Shown here: positions 1-12,293 of the stretch, one piece after another
Numbering within the stretch: the first letter of the stretch is position 1
Layout of the letters: the number at the start of each line of letters is the position of its first letter
Source: the human T2T-CHM13v2.0 reference genome, Homo sapiens
Length of the DNA stretch: 64,000 nt
Assembly (NCBI RefSeq): GCF_009914755.1
Contig: NC_060940.1
Strand: one strand, 5' to 3'
Translations under genes and position numbers: made by a program
The notes under the pieces: model-generated
Seen by the model: only the letters and a program-made list of their open reading frames with translations
Told to the model about the DNA's origin: nothing
The model's database searches: none

Positions 1-83
1 GATTCCATTTGATTCCATTCAATGATGATTCCATTCTATTCCATTCAATGATTGCATTCAATTCCATTCAATGATTATCCCAT

Positions 84-3000
84 TAGAGTAAACTCAACGA
101 TTCCATTCAATACCATTCGATGATGATTCCTTTTGAGTCCATTCAATGATTTCATTCAAGTCCATTTGATGATTCCTTTCAATTCCATTCTATGATGATT
201 CCATTCGAGTCCATTCGATGATTCCATTCGATTGCATTCGATGATTCCATTATATTCCATTCAACGGTGATTCCATTCGAGTCCATTCGATGATTCCATT
301 AGAGTATATTTAATGATTGCTTTGTTTTCAATTCGAAGATGATTACATTGGATTCCATTCTATGATACCATTCGATTCCATTCAATGATGATTCCACTCA
401 AATCCATTGGATGATTCCATTCGTGTCCATTCGGTGATTTCATTAGATTCCATTCGAGGATGATTCCATTCGATTCCATTCGATGATTCCATTCAATTCC
501 ATTCGATGATGATTCCATTCCAGTCCATATGATCATTCCATTTGATTTCATTCGATGATGATTCCATTCGATTCCATTCGATGATTCCATTCTATTCCAT
601 TCGATGATGATTCCATTCGAGTCCATTCGATGATTCCATTCGAGTCCATTTAATGATTCCATTGGGTTCAATTCAATGATGATTACATTGGATTCCGTTC
701 TATGATTCCATTCAATTCCGTTCATTGACAATTTGATTCCATTCGGTGATGATTCCATTTGAGTTCATTCGATGATTCTATTCGATTCTCTTCGATGGTG
801 ATTCAATTCTATTATATTGGATGATTCCATTCGATTCCATTTGATGTTGATTCAATTCGATTCTATTCGATGATGATTCCATTGGATTTCACTTGATGAT
901 TCTATTCGATTCCATTCAATGATGATTCACTTCTCGTCCATTGGATGATTCCATTTCATTCCATTCGATGATGATTCCATTCGATTCCATTCGATGATTC
1001 CATTTGATTCCATGCGACGGTGAGCAATTCGATTCAATTCCATGATGATTCTATTTGATTCAATTAGATGATGTTTCCATTCGAATCCATTCCATGATTA
1101 TTCCATTGGAATCCATTCGGCGATGATTCCATATGAGTCAATTCAATGATGATTCCATATGGGTCTGTTCGATGATAATTCCATTTGATTTCATTCGATG
1201 CTTCTATTCTATTCCAGTCGATGATGATTCCGTTGGAGTCCATACGATGATTCCATTTGATTTCATTTGATGATGATTCCATTCGATGATGATTACATTG
1301 GATTTCATTCTATGATTCCATTCAATTCCATACGTTGATGATTCGATTCCATTCAATGATGATTCCATTTGAGTTCATTCGATGATTCTATTCGATTCCG
1401 TTCGATGGTGATTCAATTCTCTTATATTGGATGATTCCAGTCGATTCCATTTGATGATTATTCCATTGGAGTCCACTTAGTGAATCCTTTGGATTCTACT
1501 CGACGATGATTCCATTCGAGTCCATTCGATGATACCATTCAATTCCATTCGTTGATGCTTCCATTCAAGTGCATTCGATGATATCATTCGATTCCATTTG
1601 ATGATAATTCCATTTGATTCCATGCGATGATTCTATTCGATTCCATTCAATGATAATTCCATTCAATTCAGTGATTCCTCTGGACTCCATTTGATGATGA
1701 TTCCATTCAATGATTCCATTCGATTCTATTCGAAAATGATTCCATTTGAATCCATTTGATGATGATTCCATTAGATTCCATTTGATGATTCCATTCGATT
1801 CCATTCGACGATGATTCCATTCGATTCCGTTTGATGATTCCATTCTATTCTATTCGATGATGATTCCATTCGATTCCATTCGATGATGATTGGATTCGAT
1901 TCCATTTGATGATTTCATTTGATTCCATTCGTTAATGATTTCGATCAATTCCATTCGATGATTCCATTCGATTCCATTCGATAATGATTACATCCGAGTC
2001 CATTCGATGATTCCATTTGAGCCTGTTCGATAATTCCATTTGAGTCCAACCAATGATTCCATTCATTTCCATTCAATGATTCCATTCGAGTCCATTTGAT
2101 CATTCCGGTAGGGTCCATTCGATGTTGATTCCATTGGAGTGCATTCGATGATTCCATTCGAGTCCATTTTAGGATTTGATTCGAGTCCTTTCGATGATTC
2201 CATTCGATTCCACTCGATGATGATTTCATTCGAGTCCATTCGACACTTCCAATCGATTCCATTTGATGATTCCATTCGAGTCCAATTGATGATTCCATTC
2301 AATTCCATTCGATGATGATTCCGTACGATTCCATTCTGTGATGATTCCATGTGATTGCATTCAATGATGATTCCTTTCGATTGCATTCGATTATGATTCA
2401 TTTCGTGTTCATTCTATGGTTCCACAGGTTTCCATTCGTGTCCATTCCATTATTCCATTCTATTCCATTTGATGATGATTCCATTCGATTCCATTCATTG
2501 GTGATTCCACTCAATTCCATTCAATGATTCCATTCCATTTCTTTCAACAATGATTCCTTTAGTTTCTAATCGATGATCCACTTGATTCCATTTGACGACG
2601 ATTCCATTCTTGTCCATTCGATGATTCCATTTGATTCCATATGATGATGATTCCATTCGATTCCATACCATGATGATTCCATTCGAGTCCATTCAATGGT
2701 GATTCCATTCAATTCCATTCGATGATTCCTTTCGATTCCATTCGATGATGATGGCATTCGATTCCTTTCAATCATTCCCTTTGATTCCATTCAAAGGTGA
2801 TTTCATTCAAGTCCATTCGATAATTGTATTCGATTCCATTCTATGATGATTCCATTCGAGTCCATTTGATGATTCCATTCAATTCAAGTCAATGATGATT
2901 CCATTCGATTCCATTCGATGATTCCATTGGATTCCATTCGATGATGATTCCATTCAAATCCATTCGATAATTCAATTCAAGTCCATTCGATGATGATTCC

Positions 3001-6000
3001 AATCGAATCCATTCAAAGATTCCATTCAGTTCCATTCGATGATTCCCTTAGATTCCATTCGATGATTCCACTTGATTCCATTTACGATGATTCCATTCGA
3101 TTCCATGTGATGATTCCATTCAATTCTATTCAATGATGTTTCCATTTGATTCCATTCGACCATGATTGCCTTTGATTCCATTCAATGATTCCATTCGGTT
3201 CCTTTTGATGATGATTCCGTTCGATTCCATTTGATGATTCCATTTGATTCCATTGGATGAGTCCATTCGATTCCATTCGATGATTATTCCATTCGAGTGC
3301 ATTAGATGATTCCATTCGAGTCCATTCGATGATTCCATTCGATTCCATTCGATGTTGATTCTGTTCAAATCCATTCGATGATTCCACTCGATTCCATTCG
3401 ATGACTCCAGTTGATCCCATTCGATGATTTCCTGTGATTCCCTTTGATGATCATTCCATTTGATTCAATTCGGTGATTTCATTTGATTCCATTCAGTGAC
3501 GTTTCCATTCCCCTCCATTCGATGATGATTCCATTCGACTCCATTCGATTATGATTTCATTCAATTCCATTCGATAATGATTCCCTTCGAGTCCATTCGA
3601 TGATTCCATTCGATTCCATTCAACGATGATTTGATTCGTGTCCATTCGATGATTCCATTTGATTCCACTTGATGATGATTCCATTCGAGTCCATTTGATG
3701 ATTCCATTCAATTCCATACTCCGATGATTTCTTTTGAGCCCACTCAATGCTTCCACTCGATTCCATATGATGATGACTCCATTCGATGAAATTCGATGAT
3801 GATTCCATTCGCTTGCGTTCGATGATGATTCCACTTGAGTCCGTTAGAAGATTCTATTCAATTACATTCCATGACGATTCCGTTCGAGTCCATTTGATGA
3901 TTCCATTAGACTCCATTCGACGATGATTCCATTCGATGTTATTCGATGATTCCATTCGATCTCATTCGATGATGATTCCATTCAACTCCATTCGATGTTT
4001 CCATTCGAGTTCATTCTATTATTCCATTAGATTCCATTCGATGATGATTCCATTCGATTCCATTTGATGATTGCATTCTATTTCATTTAATGATGATTCC
4101 ATTCGAGTCCACGCGATGATTCCATTCGAGTCCATTTAATGAATCCATTGGTTTCAATTCTATGATGATTACTTTGGATTCCATTCGTTGATGATTTCAT
4201 TCGGTTCCATTCAATGATGATTCCATTCAATTCCTTTCAATGTTTCCATTCAATTCCATACGATGATGATTCCATTTGATTTGATTCGACAGTGAGCCAT
4301 TCGATTCAATTCCATGATGATTCTATTTGATTCAATTGGTTGTCATTTCCATTCGATTCCATTCGATGATGATTCCCTTTGATTCCATTCAAAGATGATT
4401 ACATTCTAGCCCATTCAATCATTCCATTCGATTCTATTCAATGATGATTCCATTCATGTCGATTTGGTGATTCCATTTGACTTCATTTGATGATGATTCC
4501 TTTCAAGTTCATTAGATGATTCTATTCGATTCCATTTGATGATGATCCCATTCGAGTCCATTCAGTGATTCCATTCGTTTCCATTCCATGATGATTCCAT
4601 TCCATTCCATTCAATGATTCCATTCGATTCTGTTTGATGATGATTTCATTCGAGTCCATTTGATGATTCCATTTGATTCCATTCGATGATGATTCCATTC
4701 GAGTCCATTCGATGATTCTACTCGAATCCACTTCATGATTTCTTTTGATTATAGTTGGTGATGATTCCATTGGAGTCCATTCAATGATTCCATTCGATTC
4801 CAATCGATGGTGATTCCATTAGAGTCCATTTAATGATTCCATTTGATTCCAGTCTCTGATGATTACATTCGAGTCCATACGATGATTCCACTCAATTCCG
4901 TATGATGATGATTCCATTCGATTCCATTCGATGATTCCATTCTATTCTATTCAATGGTGATTCCATTCGAGTACATTAGATGATTCCATTCGATTCCATT
5001 CAATGATGATTCTCTTTGTGTCCCTTAGATGATTCCACATGATTCCATTAGATGATGATACTATTTGAGCCCATCCAATGATTCCCTTCGATTCCATTCG
5101 ATGAGGATTCCATTCGATTCAATTCATTGGTGATTCTATTCAATTCAATTCTTTGATTCCATTCCATTCCATTCGACAATGATTCCATTCGATTTCTTTC
5201 GATGATTCCACTCGATTCCACTTGACATTGATTCCATTCAATTCCATTCAATGATTCCATTTGATTCCAGTGGATGATGATTGCCATCGATTCCATTCGA
5301 TCACTCCATTCTATTCCATTTGATGATGATTACATTCGATTCCATTTGATGATTCCATCTGATTCTATTCGAGGATTCCGTTTGATTCCTTTCGATGATG
5401 ATTCCATTCGAGTCCATTCGATGATTTCATTCGAGTACATCCAATGATTCCATTCGAGTCCATTTGATGATTCCATTTGATTCCATTTGATAATGATTCT
5501 ACTAGAGTCCATTCAATGACTCCATTGGAGTCCATTCAACAATTCCATTCGACTCCATTCGATGATTCCATTCGAGTCCATTTGATGATTCCATTCGAGT
5601 CCATTTAATCATTACAGTCGAGTCCATTTGGTGATTCCACTGGATTTCTTTTGATAATGATACCATTCAATTACATTTGATGATGATCCCATTCAATTTC
5701 ATTTGATGATGATTCCATTAGAGTCCATTCGATGATTTCATTCGAGTCCCTTCATTGATTCCATCCGATTTCATTGGATGATGACTCCATTCAAGTCCAT
5801 TCGATGATTCCACTCGATTCCATTAGATGATTCCATTGGAGCCCATTTGATTGTTCCATTCGATTCCATTCGATTCCTTTCGAAGATTATTCCATTTGAG
5901 TCCATTCGATGATGATTCCATTCCATTCCATTCGATGATTCCGTTTGATTCCATTCGATGATTCCCTTCGATTCCTTTCTTTGATGATTCCATTCCATTC

Positions 6001-6195
6001 CATTCAATGATTCCATTCGAATCTATTCCATGATGATTCCTTTCGATTCCATTCGCTGATGTTTCCGTTCAATTCCATTCGATGATGATTCCATTCGATT
6101 CCATTCATTGAGGATTCCATTTGATTCCATTGAATGATGATTCCGTTCTATTCCATTCAATGATTGCATTCAATTCCATTCAATGATTATCCCCT
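84..6195 (+). repeat. Canonical 6112-bp higher-order repeat unit
   Basis: Landmark TAGAGTAAACTCAACG at 84 and 6196 (6112 bp apart). Unit phase is arbitrary. Confidence 0.93.
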
Positions 6196-9100
6196 TAGAG
6201 TAAACTCAACGATTCCATTCAATACCATTCGATGATGATTGCTTTTGAGTCCATTCAATGATTTCATTCAAGTCCATTTAATGAATCCTTTCAATTCCAT
6301 TCTATGATGATTCCATTCGAGTCCATTCGATGATTCCATTAGAGTATATTTAATGATTGCTTTGTTTTCAATTCGAAGATGATTACATTGGATTCCATTC
6401 CATGATACCATTCGATTCCATTCAATGATGATTCCACTCAAATCCATTGGATGATTCCATTCGTGTCCATTCGGTGATTTCATTAGATTCCATTCGAGGA
6501 TGATTCCATTCGATTCCATTCGATGATTCCATTCAATTCCATTCGATGATGATTCCATTCCAGTCCATATGATCATTCCATTTGATTTCATTCGATGATG
6601 TTTCCATTCGATTCCATTCGATGATTCCATTCTATTCCATTCGATGATGATTCCATTCGAGTCCATTCGATGATTCCATTCGAGTCCATTTAATGATTCC
6701 ATTGGGTTCAATTCAATGATGATTACATTGGATTCCTTTCTATAATTCCATTCAATTCCGTTCATTGACAATTTGATTCCATTCGATGATGATTCCATTT
6801 GAGTTCATTCGATGATTCTATTCGATTCTCTTCGATGGTGATTCAATTCTATTATATTGGATGATTCCATTCGATTCCATTTGATGTTGATTCAATTCGA
6901 TTCTATTCGATGATGATTCCATTGGATTTCACTTGATGATTCTATTCGATTCCATTCAATGATGATTCACTTCTCGTCCATTGGATGATTCCATTTCATT
7001 CCATTTGATGATGATTCCATTTGATTCCATTCGATGATTCCATTCGATTCCATGCGACGGTGAGCAATTCGATTCAATTCCATGATGATTCTATTTGATT
7101 CAATTAGATGATGTTTCCATTCGAATCCATTCCATGATTATTCCATTGGAATCCATTCGGCGATGATTCCATATGAGTCAATTCAATGATGATTCCATAT
7201 GGGTCCGTTCGATGATAATTCCATTTGATTTCATTCGATGCTTCTATTCAATTCCAGTCGATGATGATTCCGTTGGAGTCCATACGATGATTCCATTTGA
7301 TTTCATTTGATGATGATTCCATTCGATGATGATTACATTGGATTCCATTCTATGATTCCATTCAATTCCATTCGTTGATGATTCGATTCCATTCAATGAT
7401 GATTCCATTTGAGTTCATTCGATGATTCTATTCGATTCCGTTCGATGGTGATTCAATTCTATTATATTGGATGATTCCACTCGATTCCATTTGATGATTA
7501 TTCCATTGGAGTCCACTTAGTGAATCCTTTAGATTCTACTCGAAGATGATTCCATTCGAGTCCATTCGATGATACCATTCAATTCCATTCGTTGATGCTT
7601 CCATTCAAGTGCATTCGATGATATCATTCGATTCCATTTGATGATAATTCCATTTGATTCCATGCGATGATTCTATTCGATTCCATTCAATGATAATTCC
7701 ATTCAATTCAGTGATTCCTCTGGACTATATTTGATGATGATTCCATTCAATGATTCCATTCGATTCTATTCCAAAATGATTCCATTTGAATCCATTTGAT
7801 GTTGATTCCATTAGATTCCATTTGATGATTCCATTCGATTCCATTTGACGATGATTCCATTCGATTCCATTTGATGATTCCATTCTATTCTATTCGATGA
7901 TGATTCCATTCGATTCCATTTGATGATGATTGGATTCGATTCCATTTGATGATTTCATTTGATTCCATTCGTTAATGATTTCGATCAATCCCATTCGATG
8001 ATTCCATTCGATTTAATTCGCTAATGATTACATCCGAGTCCATTCGATGATTCCATTTGAGCCTGTTCGATAATTCCATTTGAGTCCAACCAATGATTCC
8101 ATTCATTTCCATTCAATGATTCCATTCGAGTCCATTTGATCATTCCGGTAGGGTCCATTCGATGTTGATTCCATTGGAGTGCATTCGATGATTCCATTCG
8201 AGTCCATTTTAGGATTTGATTCGAGTCCTTTCGATGATTCCATTCGATTCCACTCGATGATGATTTCATTCGAGTCCATTCGACACTTCCAATCGATTCC
8301 ATTTGATGTTTCCATTCGAGTCCAATTGATGATTCCATTCAATTCCATTCGATGATGATTCCGTACGGTTCCATTCTGTGATGATTCCATGTGATTGCAT
8401 TCAATGATGATTCCTTTCCATTGCATTCGATTATGATTCATTTCGTGTTCATTCTATGGTTCCACAGGTTTCCATTCGTGTCCATTCCATTATTCCATTC
8501 TATTCCATTTGGTGATGATTCCATTCGAATCCATTCATTGGTGATTCCACTCAATTCCATTCAATGATTCCATTCCATTTCTTTCAACAATGATTCCATT
8601 ACTTTCTAATCGATGATCCACTTGATTCCATTTGACGACGATTCCATTCTTGTCCATTCGATGATTCCATTTGATTCCATATGATGATGATTCCATTCGA
8701 TTCCATACGATGATGATTCCATTCGTGTCCATTCAATGGTGATTCCATTCAATTCCATTCGATGATTCCTTTCGATTCCATTCGATGATGATGGCATTCG
8801 ATTCCTTTCAATCATTCCATTTGATTCCATTCAAAGGTGATTTCATTCAAGTCCATTCGATAATTGCATTCGATTCCATTCTATGATGATTCCATTCGAG
8901 TCCATTTGATGATTCCATTCAATTCAAGTCAATGATGATTCCATTCGATTCCATTCGATGATTCCATTGGATTCCATTCGATGATGATTCCATTCAAATC
9001 CATTCGATAATTCAATTCAAGTCCATTCGATGATGATTCCAATCGAATCCATTCAAAGATTCCATTCAGTTCCATTCGATGATTCCCTTAGATTCCATTC

Positions 9101-12100
9101 GATGATTCCACTTGATTCCATTTACGATGATTCCATTCGATTCCATGTGATGATTCCATTCAATTCTATTCAATGATGTTTCCATTTGATTCCATTCGAC
9201 CATGATTGCCTTTGATTCCATTCAATGATTCCATTCGGTTCCTTTTGATGATGATTCCGTTCGATTCCATTTGATGATTCCATTTGATTCCATTGGATGA
9301 GTCCATTCGATTCCATTCGTTGATTATTCCATTCGAGTGCATTAGATGATTCCATTCGAGTCCATTCGATGATTCCATTCGATTCCATTCGATGTTGATT
9401 CTGTTCAAATCCATTCGATGATTCCACTCGATTCCATTCGATGACTCCAGTTGATCCCATTCGATGATTTCCTTTGATTCCCTTTGATGATCATTCCATT
9501 TGATTCAATTCGGTGATTTCATTTGATTCCATTCAGTGACGTTTCCATTCGACTCCATTCGATGATGATTCCATTCGACTCCATTCGATTATGATTTCAT
9601 TCAATTCCATTCGATAATGATTCCCTTCGAGTCCATTCGATGATTCCATTCGATTCCATTCAACGATGATTTGATTCGTGTCCATTCGATGATTCCATTT
9701 GATTCCACTTGATGATGATTCCATTCGAGTCCATTTGATGATTCCATTCAATTCCATTCTCCGATGATTTCTTTTGAGCCCACTCAATGCTTCCACTCGA
9801 TTCCATATGATGATGACTCCATTCGATGAAATTCGATGATGATTCCATTCGCTTGCGTTCGATGATGATTCCACTTGAGTCCGTTAGAAGATTCTATTCA
9901 ATTACATTCCATGACGATTCCGTTCGAGTCCATTTGATGATTCCATTAGACTCCATTCGACGATGATTCCATTCGATGTTATTCGATGATTCCATTCGAT
10001 CTCATTCGATGATGATTCCATTCAACTCCATTCGATGTTTCCATTCGAGTTCATTCTATTATTCCATTAGATTCCATTCGATGATGATTCCATTCGATTC
10101 CATTTGATGATTGCATTCTATTTCATTTAATGATGATTCCATTCGAGTCCACTCGATGATTCCATTCGAGTCCATTTAATGAATCCATTGGTTTCAATTC
10201 TATGATGATTACTTTGGATTCCATTCGTTGATGATTTCATTCGGTTCCATTCAATGATGATTCCATTCAATTCCTTTCAATGTTTCCATTCAATTCCATA
10301 CGATGATGATTCCATTTGATTTGATTCGACAGTGAGCCATTCGATTCTATTCCATGATGATTCTATTTGATTCAATTGGTTGACATTTCCATTCGATTCC
10401 ATTCGATGATGATTCCCTTTGATTCCGTTCAAAGATGATTCCATTCTAGCCCATTCAATCATTCCATTCGATTCTATTCAATGATGATTCCATTCATGTC
10501 GATTTGGTGATTCCATTTGACTTCATTTGATGATGATTCCTTTCAAGTTCATTAGATGATTCTATTCGATTCCATTTGATGATGATCCCATTCGAGTCCA
10601 TTCAGTGATTCCATTCGTTTCCATTCCATGATGATTCCATTCCATTCCATTCAATGATTCCATTCGATTCCGTTTGATGATGATTTCATTCGAGTCCATT
10701 TGATGATTCCATTTGATTCCATTCGATGATGATTCCATTCGAGTCCATTCGATGATTCTACTCGAATCCACTTCATGATTTCTTTTGATTATAGTTGGTG
10801 ATGATTCCATTGGAGTCCATTCAATGATTCCATTCGATTCCAATCGATGGTGATTCCATTAGAGTCCATTTAATGATTCCATTTGATTCCAGTCTCTGAT
10901 GATTACATTCGAGTCCATACGATGATTCCACTCAATTCCGTATGATGATGATTCCATTCGATTCCATTCGATGATTCCATTCTATTCTATTCAATGGTGA
11001 TTCCATTCGAGTACATTAGATGATTCCATTCGATTCCATTCAATGATGATTCTATTTGTGTCCCTTAGATGATTCCACATGATTCCATTAGATGATGATA
11101 CTATTTGAGCCCATCCAATGATTCCCTTCGATTCCATTCGATGACGATTCCATTCGATTCAATTCATTGGTGATTCTATTCAATTCAATTCTTTGATTCC
11201 ATTCCATTCCATTCGACAATGTTTCCATTCGATTTCTTTCGATGATTCCCCTCGATTCCACTTGACATTGATTCCATTCAATTCCATTCAATGATTCCAT
11301 TTGATTCCAGTGGATGATGATTGCCATCGATTCCATTCGATCACTCCATTCTATTCCATTTGATGATGATTACATTCGATTCCATTTGATGATTCCATCT
11401 GATTCTATTCGAGGATTCCGTTTGATTCCTTTCGATGATGATTCCTTTCGAGTCCATTCGATGATTTCATTCGAGTACATCCAATGATTGCATTCGAGTC
11501 CATTTGATGATTCCATTTGATTCCATTTGATAATGATTCTACTAGAGTCCATTCAATGACTCCATTGGAGTCCATTCAACAATTCCATTCGACTCCATTC
11601 GATGATTCCATTCGAGTCCATTTAATCATTACAGTCGAGTCCATTTGGTGATTCCACCGGATTTCTTTTGATAGTGATATCATTCAATTACATTTGATGA
11701 TGATCCCATTCAATTTCATTTGATGATGATTCCATTAGAGTCCATTCGATGATTTCATTCGAGTCCCTTCATTGATTCCATCCGATTTCATTGGATGATG
11801 ACTCCATTCGAGTCCATTCGATGATTCCACTCGATTCCATTAGATGATTCCATTGGAGTCCATTTGATTGTTCCATTCGATTCCATTCGATTCCTTTCGA
11901 AGATTATTCCATTTGAGTCCATTCGATGATGATTCCATTCCATTCCATTCGATGATTCCGTTTGATTCCATTCGATGATTCCCTTCGATTCCTTTCTTTG
12001 ATGATTCCATTCCATTCCATTCAATGATTCCATTCGAATCTATTCCATGATGATTCCATTCGATTCCATTCATTGAGGATTCCATTTGATTCCATTCAAT

Positions 12101-12160
12101 GATGATTCCGTTCTATTCCATTCAATGATTGCATTCAATTCCATTCAAAGATTATCCCCT
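6196..12160 (+). repeat. 6112-bp unit variant of 5965 bp with 72-, 23- and 52-bp deletions
   Basis: Offset to unit 1 steps 6112 -> 6040 (~6330) -> 6017 (~11610) -> 5965 (~12055). The missing text is visible at each site. Confidence 0.9.
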
Positions 12161-12280
12161 TAGAGTAAACTCAACGATTCCATTCAATACCATTCGATGA
12201 TGATTCCTTTTGAGTCCATTCAATGATTTCATTCAAGTCCATTTGATGATTCCTTTCAATTCCATTCTATGGTGATTCCA

Positions 12281-12293
12281 TTCTAGAACATTC
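12281..12293. promoter_or_regulatory. Perfect-consensus heat-shock element motif (TTCnnGAAnnTTC), private to one copy; function unproven
   Basis: Sequence TTCTAGAACATTC. Homologous positions in other units read TTCGAGTCCATTC. Confidence 0.25.
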
